Source: a virus
Taxonomy: Duplodnaviria > Caudoviricetes
Virus record (IMG/VR): IMGVR_UViG_3300033232_000017
Coordinates: 1 to 28,992 of that record
DNA: 28,992 nt
Reading direction: 5' to 3' (one strand)
Below are positions 15,237-24,727 of this stretch, piece by piece (the stretch's first letter is position 1; each line of letters starts with the position of its first letter). The position numbers and the translations under genes are program-made. A model generated the notes under the pieces. The model did no database searches, was not told the origin of the DNA, and saw only the letters and a program-made list of their open reading frames with translations.

Positions 15237-16756
15237 TGGCCGAGTATCTGTACATTACCGAGTTCGAGGATAGTGCGAACTCGAAGTCGGGTGCCCAGAT
15301 TCAGGTCGGCACGCACCCGGCTGTACAGATGCAGAAGGTGCCCATCGGTAGCACTTCGCAGACCAGTGTCCAGTTCGATGACAGGACGAAGTTCGTCAGG
15401 CTGCACGCCACCGCACAATGTCACTTGGTGTTCGGTACCAACCCCACAGCGACATCGAACCACATGATCCTGCAATCTGGTCAGACGGAGAACTTTGGTG
15501 TCTCCATGTATCAGAAGCTGGCAGTGATTGCGACGAATGCATCGTCAGTGAACAAGAACGCATTCGATGCGTTCGGTCGTCTGCGCATAGGCACACCTAC
15601 GGCGATCTGGTACGACACCTTGGAGCATGACCTCTCGCCGCTGCTGTGGTCGGAGGTTGTGGTCGGTACAGGGTCTGGGTCGGTGCACGCGCCTACTAAG
15701 TCGGCTGCTCTGATGACCGTGGGAGCGAACCAGAATGATCTGATCCGTCGCACTACCCGTATCCCGATCCGGTATCAGCCGGGTAAGTCCCGGCTTGACT
15801 TGTTCACGTGGGGCGACATCAGCCTCGGAACAGGCACTCGGTTCAACGTGGGGGCGTTCTGTTGTGACAACGGGGTGTTCTTTTCGATCAAGAATGGCGA
15901 CATCTCATGCGTTGTCCGTTCGTCAGTCTCTGGTGTAGCGGTTGACAATATCATCCCGCGCACGTCGTGGAGCTACGACAAGATGGACGGCACAGGACCC
16001 AGCGGGTTCACGTTGGACGTCACCAAGGCGCAGATCGGTCACATCGACCTTGAGTGGCTGTCGGTCGGTCAGGTGCGTTTTTCATTTGTGATCAATGGGG
16101 TCGCCAGACTGGTGCACGAGCAGCCTCACGCCAACATCAACACGGGTCCGTACATGAGCACGGCGAACCTGCCAATCCAGTATGAGTTGATCAACGAGGA
16201 CGGTGGTGCGGGTGGATCAGTGTTGGCTATCTGCAACACTTCGATATCTGAGGGTGGTGAGACCGAGGAGAAAGGCTACATCTGGACAGCAGGTAACGGT
16301 GTGACTGGTAAGACGATCACACTGGGTGCGGGTTGGATACCTGTTGTGTCTATCCGCAGAGCTGAGTTGTTCAAGACCCTCCGGTATCGTTCGGGTATCG
16401 TGACCCCTCGCAGGTTCTCGGGGTACTCCGTGAACGCCGCCGTACAGGTCGGCCTCTTCTATCGTTCGACACTAACCGGTGCGACATGGGCGGCTGTGAA
16501 CTCCGAGAGTGGCGTGGAGCAGGATACTGTTGCCACGGCGATGACAGATGGGTACTTGACTGACTCGACGTACATATCAGCAGGTGGACAAGGATCGGGT
16601 GCGTTCGCCACGGCAGGTAGCACACAGACATTATGGTTGTTGCCCATTGCTAATGACTGGGGTGGTGGCAACCCAGATGTTGTCACGCTGGCTGCTCGTG
16701 CCATCGGTGGCACTGCCACTTTTTACGGGTCTCTTGAATTTAAGGAGTCGAGATGA
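15236..16756 (+). CDS. Beta-rich putative virion structural protein (506 aa)
   Basis: Coupled to both neighbours (TAATG, ATGA); G/S/T/V-rich; DAFGRLR, YQPGKS and IDLEWLSVGQVRF segments; function unknown. Confidence 0.8.
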   Translation: MAEYLYITEFEDSANSKSGAQIQVGTHPAVQMQKVPIGSTSQTSVQFDDRTKFVRLHATAQCHLVFGTNPTATSNHMILQSGQTENFGVSMYQKLAVIATNASSVNKNAFDAFGRLRIGTPTAIWYDTLEHDLSPLLWSEVVVGTGSGSVHAPTKSAALMTVGANQNDLIRRTTRIPIRYQPGKSRLDLFTWGDISLGTGTRFNVGAFCCDNGVFFSIKNGDISCVVRSSVSGVAVDNIIPRTSWSYDKMDGTGPSGFTLDVTKAQIGHIDLEWLSVGQVRFSFVINGVARLVHEQPHANINTGPYMSTANLPIQYELINEDGGAGGSVLAICNTSISEGGETEEKGYIWTAGNGVTGKTITLGAGWIPVVSIRRAELFKTLRYRSGIVTPRRFSGYSVNAAVQVGLFYRSTLTGATWAAVNSESGVEQDTVATAMTDGYLTDSTYISAGGQGSGAFATAGSTQTLWLLPIANDWGGGNPDVVTLAARAIGGTATFYGSLEFKESR

Positions 16757-18390
16757 TCGACGTAGATAGCATCCTCCAGCGATACTCGCAACTCAAAAAC
16801 AGCCGCTCGAACTGGGAGTCCCACTGGGAGGAGGTCGCAGAGCGCGTACTTCCCCGGCAGGTAGGGTTTCTCGGAGATCGCACAGATGGTGAGAAAAAGA
16901 CCCAGAAGGTCTTTGACTCCAAACCGATGTTGGCGCTGGACAGATTCGCGTCAGTCATGGACTCGATGTTGACTCCGCGCCAGCAGAGATGGCACAACCT
17001 GCGCACAACCGACGAGGAGTTGAACCGCAACTTCGAGGTGCAGGATTGGTTCTACAAGGTCAACAACATCCTGTACTCCGCTCGCTACAGCCCCAAGGCA
17101 AACTTCGCAGGGCAGAACTTCGAGCGGTGGATTTCGGTCGGGGCGTTCGGTACTGGTGCGATCTTTACCGATTTTGACCCAGGCGTAGGTCTAAGGTATC
17201 GCACAATCAACCTCAAGGATATCTACCTGCTGGAGAACCACCAGGGGATGATCGACTCGGTGTATCGTTGTTTTCAGTACACGGCACGACAGGCGGCACA
17301 GCGTTGGGGGGTCAAGGATTTACCTGAGCGCATTATGAAAGCGCTGGAGAACCCGACCCGACAGAACGACAAATTTGAGTTCCTCCATGTAGTCGCTCCA
17401 CGTACTGACCACATGCCGGGTAGGGCAGATGCCAAGGGTAAACCCTTTGTGTCCTATTACATCTCGGTGCAGGACAAGGCACTTGTGGCACCCGAGGGTG
17501 GTTATACCAGCTTCCCCTACAGTATCAGCCGCTACGTGACAGCCCCTGAGGAGGTCTATGGTCGGTCACCCGCCATGATGGCGCTACCGGACATCAAGAT
17601 GCTCAACGAGATGGCGAAGACCGACATCCGGGCAGTCCACAAGCTGATCGACCCACCGATCTTGCTGCACGATGACGGCATCTTGGGTGGTGGAGCAATG
17701 ACTGTTAATATGCGTCCAGGTGGGCTGAACGTGGGTGGTGTGAACCGCAACGGTCAGCCCATGATGCAGCCGTTCGGAACAGGTGCCAGAGTGGACATCA
17801 ACGAAGCCAAGATGGATCAGCGCCGTCAGGCTATCGACGATGCGTTCTTGGTGACCTTGTTCCAGATTCTTGTCGAGACCCCTCGCATGACTGCAACTGA
17901 GGCTCTGATTCGCGCACAGGAGAAGGGGATGCTCCTGACCCCTACGATGGGGCGGCAGCAGTCCGAAGCACTGGGCCCGCTCATCGAGCGCGAACTTGAC
18001 CTGTTGTCGTTTCACCGAATTCTCCCACCGATGCCCGATGCATTGCGTGAAGCCGGTGGTGAATACGACATCGTGTATGACTCACCCATGAGTCGGATGC
18101 AGCGTGCTGAAGAATTAGTGGGTGTGCAGCGCACAATGGAGCTTCTGGCCCCGTTTGCCCAAATCGACCCGAGTGTGCTGGATGTGTTCAACAAGGACGA
18201 GTTGGCACGTTTGACTGCCGAAGTCTCTGGCGTACCGACACCTGTCCTGCGCAGCCCCGATGCAGTCAATGCGATTCGTCAACAGCGTGCACAGCAGGAG
18301 CAAGACGCCATGATGCTACAGGCTGCACAACCGATGGCGGGTGCGTTGAAAGACGCCGCACAGGCCCAAGCACTACTGACTGGAGCCTAA
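16753..18390 (+). CDS. Head-to-tail connector (portal), T7 gp8/BPP-1 type
   Basis: 545 aa; RSNWESHWEEV, GAFGTG, YGRSPAMMALPDIKMLN and MTATE ... EK motifs. Confidence 0.95.
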   Translation: MIDVDSILQRYSQLKNSRSNWESHWEEVAERVLPRQVGFLGDRTDGEKKTQKVFDSKPMLALDRFASVMDSMLTPRQQRWHNLRTTDEELNRNFEVQDWFYKVNNILYSARYSPKANFAGQNFERWISVGAFGTGAIFTDFDPGVGLRYRTINLKDIYLLENHQGMIDSVYRCFQYTARQAAQRWGVKDLPERIMKALENPTRQNDKFEFLHVVAPRTDHMPGRADAKGKPFVSYYISVQDKALVAPEGGYTSFPYSISRYVTAPEEVYGRSPAMMALPDIKMLNEMAKTDIRAVHKLIDPPILLHDDGILGGGAMTVNMRPGGLNVGGVNRNGQPMMQPFGTGARVDINEAKMDQRRQAIDDAFLVTLFQILVETPRMTATEALIRAQEKGMLLTPTMGRQQSEALGPLIERELDLLSFHRILPPMPDALREAGGEYDIVYDSPMSRMQRAEELVGVQRTMELLAPFAQIDPSVLDVFNKDELARLTAEVSGVPTPVLRSPDAVNAIRQQRAQQEQDAMMLQAAQPMAGALKDAAQAQALLTGA

Positions 18391-18642
18391 ATGAATTTCA
18401 ATCCGTTCTTACGATACCGCCAATCAGCATATCGAAAGACATTCGAGACCCCGGAGGGCAGGAAGGTTCTGGCTGATCTCCGACGGTTCTGTCGTGCAAC
18501 TCAACCCACGGCAGATATTACCAACGTCCAGACCACGTATCTCCTTGAAGGTAGGCGCGAGGTATGGTGCCGTATTCAGGCCCATCTTCAGTTGACTGAC
18601 GAGGATGTGTACAAATTGATCGAGGATTACCCAAATGACTGA
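18391..18642 (+). CDS. Bbp19-like small head protein
   Basis: YRKTFETPEGRKVLADL ... EGRREV pattern; located between portal and scaffold. Confidence 0.8.
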   Translation: MNFNPFLRYRQSAYRKTFETPEGRKVLADLRRFCRATQPTADITNVQTTYLLEGRREVWCRIQAHLQLTDEDVYKLIEDYPND

Positions 18643-19456
18643 AGCTACTGCCGCCCTTATGGGCGATAACGGTGGTGCCCCTCCCGGCGCTACATCTGGT
18701 GCCGAACCACAACCCGAGGTGTGGTCTACATCTTTTGATACCGACACCCAGGCTTACATACAAGCGAAAGGCTGGCAATCTCCCACGGACTTGCTGACAA
18801 GCTACCGAAACTTGGAAAAGTTTGCAGGTGGCAGCAAAAATCTGATGGAGTTGCCTGGTGTTGATGCTGACCCAACTGCGTGGGATAGCGTTTATTCCCG
18901 GTTGGGTCGCCCGGAGAACCCGGACGGTTACGATATCAAACCACCCGAGGGTAGTGATGCTGAACTGGTCAACTGGTTCAAACAAACTGCGCATAAAAAC
19001 GGTTTGAGTGACAAACAAGCAGCTACCCTGTTCAACGAATGGAACACGCTGACTGGTGAACGCATGCAGCAGATTCAACAAGCACAGTCGCAACAATCTG
19101 AACAAGCGTTAGCCGACTTGCGCAAAGAGTGGGGTCAGACGTTCGACACACAAATCGGTGCTGGCCGTCGTGCTGCACAGTCCTTGGGTTATGGTGAAGA
19201 ACAGTTGGGCAGCCTTGAATCGAAGCTGGGTACAGCCGACATGCTTAAACTGTTCGCCACCCTGGGCAGCAAGATGGGCGAAGACTCGTTTGCTGGTAGC
19301 GATCGGGACGGTGGTGGCTTTGGTACGACCCCTGCCGCAGCGCGTCAGCAGATCGCCGACCTGAAAATGGACAAAAACTTCATGGGTGAATACCTCAAAG
19401 GTAATCCTGATGCTGTTGCCAAAATGAAACGTCTGATGGAGACATCATATGGATGA
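18635..19456 (+). CDS. Capsid scaffolding/assembly protein
   Basis: SYRNLEK, LGRPENPDGY, AHKNGLSDKQA, LRKEWG; helical; precedes the capsid gene. Confidence 0.85.
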   Translation: MTEATAALMGDNGGAPPGATSGAEPQPEVWSTSFDTDTQAYIQAKGWQSPTDLLTSYRNLEKFAGGSKNLMELPGVDADPTAWDSVYSRLGRPENPDGYDIKPPEGSDAELVNWFKQTAHKNGLSDKQAATLFNEWNTLTGERMQQIQQAQSQQSEQALADLRKEWGQTFDTQIGAGRRAAQSLGYGEEQLGSLESKLGTADMLKLFATLGSKMGEDSFAGSDRDGGGFGTTPAAARQQIADLKMDKNFMGEYLKGNPDAVAKMKRLMETSYG

Positions 19457-19688
19457 GCGAGAAATCCGACTGCGTATTGTGGAGGCGGTGATACCTCAAG
19501 CCTCGCGAGTAGCGATGCAAGACCCAGTGTCCATCATTAATACTTGTACAACTCTGGAAAGTTATGTGTTAGACTCAAAAAAGGGTGAGACTTTACCGGA
19601 CTCACCGCCTAGACGGAAAACGGGACGGCCTGCAAAGGTAACCGTAGACGAACTGCCTAGTTTTCTTGACCCCACTCGTGGTGGATAA
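19449..19688 (+). CDS. Hypothetical protein (79 aa)
   Basis: GGAG upstream, overlaps the scaffold stop; 3' half coincides with predicted RNA hairpins. Confidence 0.55.
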   Translation: MDEREIRLRIVEAVIPQASRVAMQDPVSIINTCTTLESYVLDSKKGETLPDSPPRRKTGRPAKVTVDELPSFLDPTRGG

Positions 19689-19736
19689 GTCGAATCATTC
19701 ATCCGGTTAATTGGTTCAACTTTTTGGAGTCTCATC

Positions 19737-20606
19737 ATGAGCTTTGAAGTCACTACTGCATTTGTGCAGCAATACTCCACCAATGTGGGTTTGCTGCTCC
19801 AGCAACGCGGTTCCAAACTGCGCGATGCTGTTTCTATGGGTTCTTATACCGGCAAGGCTGCTAAGGCTGTCGAGCAAATCGGCTCGGTCACCGCCCAAGC
19901 CCGTACAGCCCGTCACGCTGACACCCCGCTGATCAGTACGCCACACGATGCCCGTTGGGTTTTCCCCACGGACTACGAGTGGGCTGACCTGATCGACGAC
20001 CAGGATCGTCTGCGTATGTTGATTGATCCCACCAGCCCTTACTCGATCAACGGTGCTTACGCGCTGGGTCGTGCAATGGACAGTCTGATCATCACTTCTG
20101 CCCTCGGCACAGCCAAGACTGGCGAAAACGGCACTACCAGTACAGTATTCGACACTTCCAATCAGCAGATCGCGGCAGGTGCTACAGGTTTGACGGTTGC
20201 CAAACTACGCGAAGCCAAGAAGATTCTGATGGAGAACGAAGTCGATGTGGAAATGGACCCCCTGTACATCGCCCTGACTGCCGCCCAGATGGACGATCTG
20301 TTGGGTACTACCGAAGTGACATCTGCTGACTACAACACCGTCAAAGCGCTGGTGCAAGGTCAAGTTGATAGCTTCATGGGCTTCAAGTTCATTCACACTG
20401 AGTTGCTTGGTGTTAATGCCGCGTCTGCCCGTCGTGTGATCGCTTGGGCCAAGTCTGGTATGCACCTCGGCATGTGGAATGACATCAATTCCCGTATCGA
20501 TCAGCGTGCTGACAAGTCCTACGCCACTCAGGTGTACGTCAAGGGTACCTTTGGTGCCACTCGTACAGAAGAGGGCAAAGTGGTCGAAATTCTTTGCGCT
20601 GAATAA
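19737..20606 (+). CDS. Major capsid protein (BPP-1/APSE type)
   Basis: AFVQQY ... LLQQRGSKLR N-terminus, WADLIDDQD, ALGRAMD, TSADY, FMGFKF, GATRTEEGKVV; GGAG SD. Confidence 0.93.
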   Translation: MSFEVTTAFVQQYSTNVGLLLQQRGSKLRDAVSMGSYTGKAAKAVEQIGSVTAQARTARHADTPLISTPHDARWVFPTDYEWADLIDDQDRLRMLIDPTSPYSINGAYALGRAMDSLIITSALGTAKTGENGTTSTVFDTSNQQIAAGATGLTVAKLREAKKILMENEVDVEMDPLYIALTAAQMDDLLGTTEVTSADYNTVKALVQGQVDSFMGFKFIHTELLGVNAASARRVIAWAKSGMHLGMWNDINSRIDQRADKSYATQVYVKGTFGATRTEEGKVVEILCAE

Positions 20607-20616
20607 GGAGTAAATC

Positions 20617-21039
20617 ATGGCTGAAACTTACGCTGCTGAAGTCGCTGGCTTGGGCACCATTCCTACCACTGCCGCCAATGGTGGTGTGCAGGGTGGCCGA
20701 GTGCGCCGCTTTCGTTCAACCATCACCCTGGCTTCCCAGGCTGATGGTGACACTGTGGTGCTGGCTACTGTGCCCGCTGGCTACACGTTCTCCTATGGTA
20801 TCCTGAATAGCTCGGTCACGCTGGGTGCTTCGACGATTGCCATTGGTGTGAGCGGTACTGCTGGCAAATACCGCGCATCTGCGGTTCATACGGTTACTGT
20901 TCCGACCCTGTTCGGTCTGTACACTGCAGCAGATGACGATCCGCTCACGGCTGCTGAGACTGTGATCCTCACCAACGCTACTGCGGCTCTGCCTGCTGCC
21001 GGTACGTTGGTTGTGGAACTGTTCTTCTCGGCACCGTAA
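20617..21039 (+). CDS. Capsid cement/decoration protein (Bbp16-like position)
   Basis: 140 aa, beta-rich and A/T/G-rich; strong TAAGGAG SD; directly after the capsid gene and before the terminator. Confidence 0.7.
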   Translation: MAETYAAEVAGLGTIPTTAANGGVQGGRVRRFRSTITLASQADGDTVVLATVPAGYTFSYGILNSSVTLGASTIAIGVSGTAGKYRASAVHTVTVPTLFGLYTAADDDPLTAAETVILTNATAALPAAGTLVVELFFSAP

Positions 21040-21042
21040 TCA

Positions 21043-21062
21043 AGGGGCTTCGGCCCCTATTT
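21043..21062 (+). terminator. Post-capsid terminator hairpin (T-phi-like position)
   Basis: AGGGGC-TTCG-GCCCCT (cUUCGg tetraloop) followed by a short ATTT tail. Confidence 0.75.
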
Positions 21063-21077
21063 CAAGGAGAGTGACCT

Positions 21078-21638
21078 ATGCCCAGTGTCGTGGACATCTC
21101 GAACAAAGCCCTCGATAAACTGGGCCAAGGTTCGATCACCAGTCTTGATGATGGAAGCAAGTCAGCGAATCTGTGCAACAGAAACTGGCCTCTGGTTCGT
21201 GATCAATCACTGCGTGATCATCCTTGGAACTTCGCTGTCAAACGTGCGATATTGGCAGCAGACACCACGGAACCTATCTGGGGGTTCACTTACAAATTTC
21301 CCTTACCTGCTGACTGGTTGCGCCTGATTGAAGTGCGAAATTTGTCCACAGGCGACTACCAAGTCGAGGGTCGCGCAATTCTGGCCGACGACGATGCTCT
21401 CTACGTTCGGTACATCTACCAAGTTACTGACCCCAATCAGTATGATTCGTTATTTATTGATGCTGTAACCGCAAGACTCGCATTCGAGTTGTGCGAAGCG
21501 TTGACTCAGAGTAACGGAAAGAAACAGATGCTTTGGCAGGAGTACCAAGACAATCTGGCCCGTGCCCGACTGGTGGATGGTCAAGAGAACCCACCTGTTG
21601 ATTTCGAGGAAGACGACTGGGTGTTGGTGAGGTACTGA
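21078..21638 (+). CDS. Tail tubular protein A/adaptor (T7 gp11-like)
   Basis: VDISNKALDKLG ... LRDHPWNFA ... LPADWLR pattern; synteny. Confidence 0.88.
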   Translation: MPSVVDISNKALDKLGQGSITSLDDGSKSANLCNRNWPLVRDQSLRDHPWNFAVKRAILAADTTEPIWGFTYKFPLPADWLRLIEVRNLSTGDYQVEGRAILADDDALYVRYIYQVTDPNQYDSLFIDAVTARLAFELCEALTQSNGKKQMLWQEYQDNLARARLVDGQENPPVDFEEDDWVLVRY

Positions 21639-21639
21639 G

Positions 21640-23805
21640 ATGGCCAAAGCCAGCCCGATCATCTCGTCTTTCAATGCAGGGGAACTGTCCCCGCAGCTCA
21701 AGGGTCGTCCAGATATTGAGAAATACCGCAATGGGTGTGAAACGCTGGAGAACTTTCTCCCTCGTGTTCATGGCCCGATTCGCAAACGTCCCGGCACTCG
21801 TTTCGTTAATGAGGTCAAAACCTCGACCAAAAAGACCCGATTGATCTCATTCGAGTACAGCACGATCCAGGCTTATGTGCTGGAGTTCGGTGACAAGTAC
21901 GTGAGGTTCTACGCCAATGGTGGTGTTGTACTCAGTGGTGGTCTGCCTTACGAGATTGTCAGTCCATATGGCGAGAATGATCTGGCTGATCTGGACTTTG
22001 CACAGTCGGCAGATGTGATCTACATTGTCCACCCTGATCACATGCCCTACAAGTTGTCACGCTTCGGTGCGACCAACTGGACATTGGCTGCGGTGGTCTT
22101 TGACTGGCCACCCTTCAACGATGAGAACACCGACGCCACAACCATCACAGCCTCGGCGGTGACAGGTGCGGGTATCACATTGACAGCCTCTGCCGCCACG
22201 TTCACTGCTGATCATGTGGGGTCGTCAATCCGGATTGCTGAAGTTGCAGCATCCAAGTACAACCAGTGGACAGTGGGTGTGGTGCACGCGGCCAGCGCCA
22301 TTGTGCAGTACCAAGGCAATGTTTATCAGACGGTTGCTGGTGGTACAGCAGGATCGCGTCCACCTATTCACACTAAAGGCACCGAGAGTGACGGTGCTGT
22401 TAACTGGTTGTTCCTGCACGATGGGGCAGGATACGCCAGGATAACCGCATACACGAGCACCACTGTTGTCACGGCTACCGTGGTCAAGCGGTTTCCCGAA
22501 AGTGCGCTGACACCCGGCACAACCAAATGGTCAGAGGCTGCATGGTCGGACAGCAACGGCTATCCTCGCACCGTCACCTTCTATGAAGATAGGCTGTGGT
22601 TTGCGGGGTCTGCTGCCCGTCCTCAGACCTTGTGGGCATCAGTCAGCGGTGATTACGAAAATCACAAGTACGGCACCCAGGATGATGATGCGTTGAACTA
22701 CACCATCAACACACAGGACATGAACACGATTCAGTGGCTGGCACCCCAGAAGGTTCTGGCTATCGGGACATCCAGTGGTGAGTTCGCCCTGAGTGCCCAG
22801 CAGATCAGTGATCCTGTGACACCCACCAATGTGCGCATCACACCACAGACCACTTACGGCAGCGCCCAAGGGATTCGCCCGTTACGTGTTGCCAACTCGA
22901 TCTTGTTCCTGCAACGCGCTTCTCGTAAGGTGCGCGAATACGTTTACGACTTCAACACCGATTCTTTTGTCGCGCCAAATCTGAACATCCTTGCCGAACA
23001 TATCACAAGTGCAGGTGTTCGTGACATGGTGTATCAGCAAGAGCCGTACCAGATTGTCTGGACACCGTGTTCATGCGGCACACTGATCGGTCTGACCTAC
23101 GAACGTGCCGAAGAAGTGGTTGGTTGGCACAGACAGAATGTCGGTGGTGAAGTGGAGTCGGTGGCAGTCATTCCCCACTGGGACGGTGACCAAGACGTTC
23201 TGTTTATGGTTGTCAAGCGCACAATCAATGGCAGCGAGGTTCGGTACATCGAATACATTGAAAAATATCTCAGTGACTCATACTCGTTCTTTGTGGACTG
23301 CGGGTTGACCTACGACGGTGCCCCCGCCACAACCATCAGCGGACTTGACCACATTGAAGGCGAAGAAGTAGCAGTGTTGGTCGATGGTGCAGTGCACCCG
23401 AATGTCACAGTGACTGCTGGCGCGATCACACTTCAGTACGAAGGGTCTATCGTTAATGTGGGTCTGCCGTACACCGCCACAGTTAAGACCATGCCCCTCG
23501 AAGCTGGTGCTTCCGATGGTATCGCACAGGGCAAGACAATGCGCCTGAACAACATAGTCATGCGTCTGTATGAGACGGGTGCTGGGCTCTGGTATGGCCC
23601 GGATACAACGACGATGGACGAGTATCAAATGCGTACAACCACCTCGTTGATGGACAACCCTGTCCCTCTGTTTACAGGCGACACGAGTCTGTTGCCGTGG
23701 CCCGGTGAGTATCAGCAGGCTCCTCAGATAACTTTACAGCACAGATTACCTTTACCGTGTACTATTGTGGCGTTGATGCCTCAACTGCACACATATGATC
23801 GTTAG
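21640..23805 (+). CDS. Tail tubular protein B/nozzle (T7 gp12/P22 gp10-like)
   Basis: SFNAGELSP, RKRPGT, QSADV, GYPRTVTFYEDRLWFAG, VVGWH, GLDHIEG, VGLPY; 721 aa. Confidence 0.92.
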   Translation: MAKASPIISSFNAGELSPQLKGRPDIEKYRNGCETLENFLPRVHGPIRKRPGTRFVNEVKTSTKKTRLISFEYSTIQAYVLEFGDKYVRFYANGGVVLSGGLPYEIVSPYGENDLADLDFAQSADVIYIVHPDHMPYKLSRFGATNWTLAAVVFDWPPFNDENTDATTITASAVTGAGITLTASAATFTADHVGSSIRIAEVAASKYNQWTVGVVHAASAIVQYQGNVYQTVAGGTAGSRPPIHTKGTESDGAVNWLFLHDGAGYARITAYTSTTVVTATVVKRFPESALTPGTTKWSEAAWSDSNGYPRTVTFYEDRLWFAGSAARPQTLWASVSGDYENHKYGTQDDDALNYTINTQDMNTIQWLAPQKVLAIGTSSGEFALSAQQISDPVTPTNVRITPQTTYGSAQGIRPLRVANSILFLQRASRKVREYVYDFNTDSFVAPNLNILAEHITSAGVRDMVYQQEPYQIVWTPCSCGTLIGLTYERAEEVVGWHRQNVGGEVESVAVIPHWDGDQDVLFMVVKRTINGSEVRYIEYIEKYLSDSYSFFVDCGLTYDGAPATTISGLDHIEGEEVAVLVDGAVHPNVTVTAGAITLQYEGSIVNVGLPYTATVKTMPLEAGASDGIAQGKTMRLNNIVMRLYETGAGLWYGPDTTTMDEYQMRTTTSLMDNPVPLFTGDTSLLPWPGEYQQAPQITLQHRLPLPCTIVALMPQLHTYDR

Positions 23806-24220
23806 ACCTTGGATGCTGGGTGACTCTCAGCGTATCGTCCTACAACCCGCACAGGAATACATGTACGGGTTCCCGGAGTTACACGCAGACATAACCCACT
23901 TGTCAGAAGCAGGTCTGGCTTGGACAGCGGAAAACGAGGGTGAGGTAATAGGGATTGCTGGATTGGCCCCACAGTGGGAGAATAGGGCAATAGCATGGGC
24001 ATTGATTTCAAAGTCGGCAGGTAAGCACTTTCACGTTATTCATAGGGCAGTGAAACGGTTTCTGGATGTCTCATCCTTTCGGCGCATCGAGGCTAATGTG
24101 GACGTAGGGTTTGAAGAAGGTGAGAGATGGATGAAGATGCTTGGTTTTGAGTATGAGGGGTACATGAAAGCCTATCGCCCAGATGGTTCAGACATGTTAC
24201 TTTTTGCGAGGATTCGATAA
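23795..24220 (+). CDS. GNAT-like protein at the T7 gp13 position
   Basis: RRIEANVDVGFEEGERWMKMLGFEYEGYM resembles the RimJ/RimL-type GNAT C-terminal motif; synteny. Confidence 0.75.
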   Translation: MIVRPWMLGDSQRIVLQPAQEYMYGFPELHADITHLSEAGLAWTAENEGEVIGIAGLAPQWENRAIAWALISKSAGKHFHVIHRAVKRFLDVSSFRRIEANVDVGFEEGERWMKMLGFEYEGYMKAYRPDGSDMLLFARIR

Positions 24221-24717
24221 TGGCGTTTTTAGCTCCACTAGCATTCGGTACGGCAGCGACCACCGCAACGGCGGCAACGGCAGCAACAGCAGCAACGGCA
24301 GGTCTGTTTGGCACCGCAGGCGCATTCAGCCTCGGCACCACCCTAGCCACTGCCGGTGGTGCGCTGGGTGTCATGGGTGCACTGCAGCAAGGCCGAGCCG
24401 GGTCGTCTGCAGCCAATTACAGCGCCGAAATGGCACGCCGTGAAGCAGAGTCGAAAGAGGCTCTACAGCGCAGGCAGGCGTCCCGGCAGATCGCAGGTAC
24501 GAGGGCAGGTATCTCCAAATCGGGCGTGACGTTTGAGGGCACACCCTTGATGGTTCTGGCAGAGTCGGCAGCCAACGCAGAGATTGACGCACTGAACACC
24601 CGACAAGGTGGTCAGATGGAGTCTGAGTTATATCGGATGCGTGGTGCCGCAGCAAGACAGGCGGGTTACATCACCGCTGGGGCATCGCTGCTCTCTGGTG
24701 CATCCAAGTTCAGATAA
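24220..24717 (+). CDS. Internal virion (ejection) protein, T7 gp14-like
   Basis: A/G/T-rich hydrophobic N-terminus, SGVTFEGTP motif, helical C-terminus; synteny. Confidence 0.8.
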   Translation: MAFLAPLAFGTAATTATAATAATAATAGLFGTAGAFSLGTTLATAGGALGVMGALQQGRAGSSAANYSAEMARREAESKEALQRRQASRQIAGTRAGISKSGVTFEGTPLMVLAESAANAEIDALNTRQGGQMESELYRMRGAAARQAGYITAGASLLSGASKFR

Positions 24718-24727
24718 GGGGTAAACA

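Noticed and set aside
20590-20620. T7 10A/10B-style capsid frameshift or read-through into the next gene
   Set aside because: No slippery heptamer near the capsid stop, and the next gene has its own strong TAAGGAG SD.
23795-24220. GNAT toxin of a toxin-antitoxin pair
   Set aside because: It occupies the conserved gp13-like slot between nozzle and ejection proteins and has no adjacent antitoxin-like gene.
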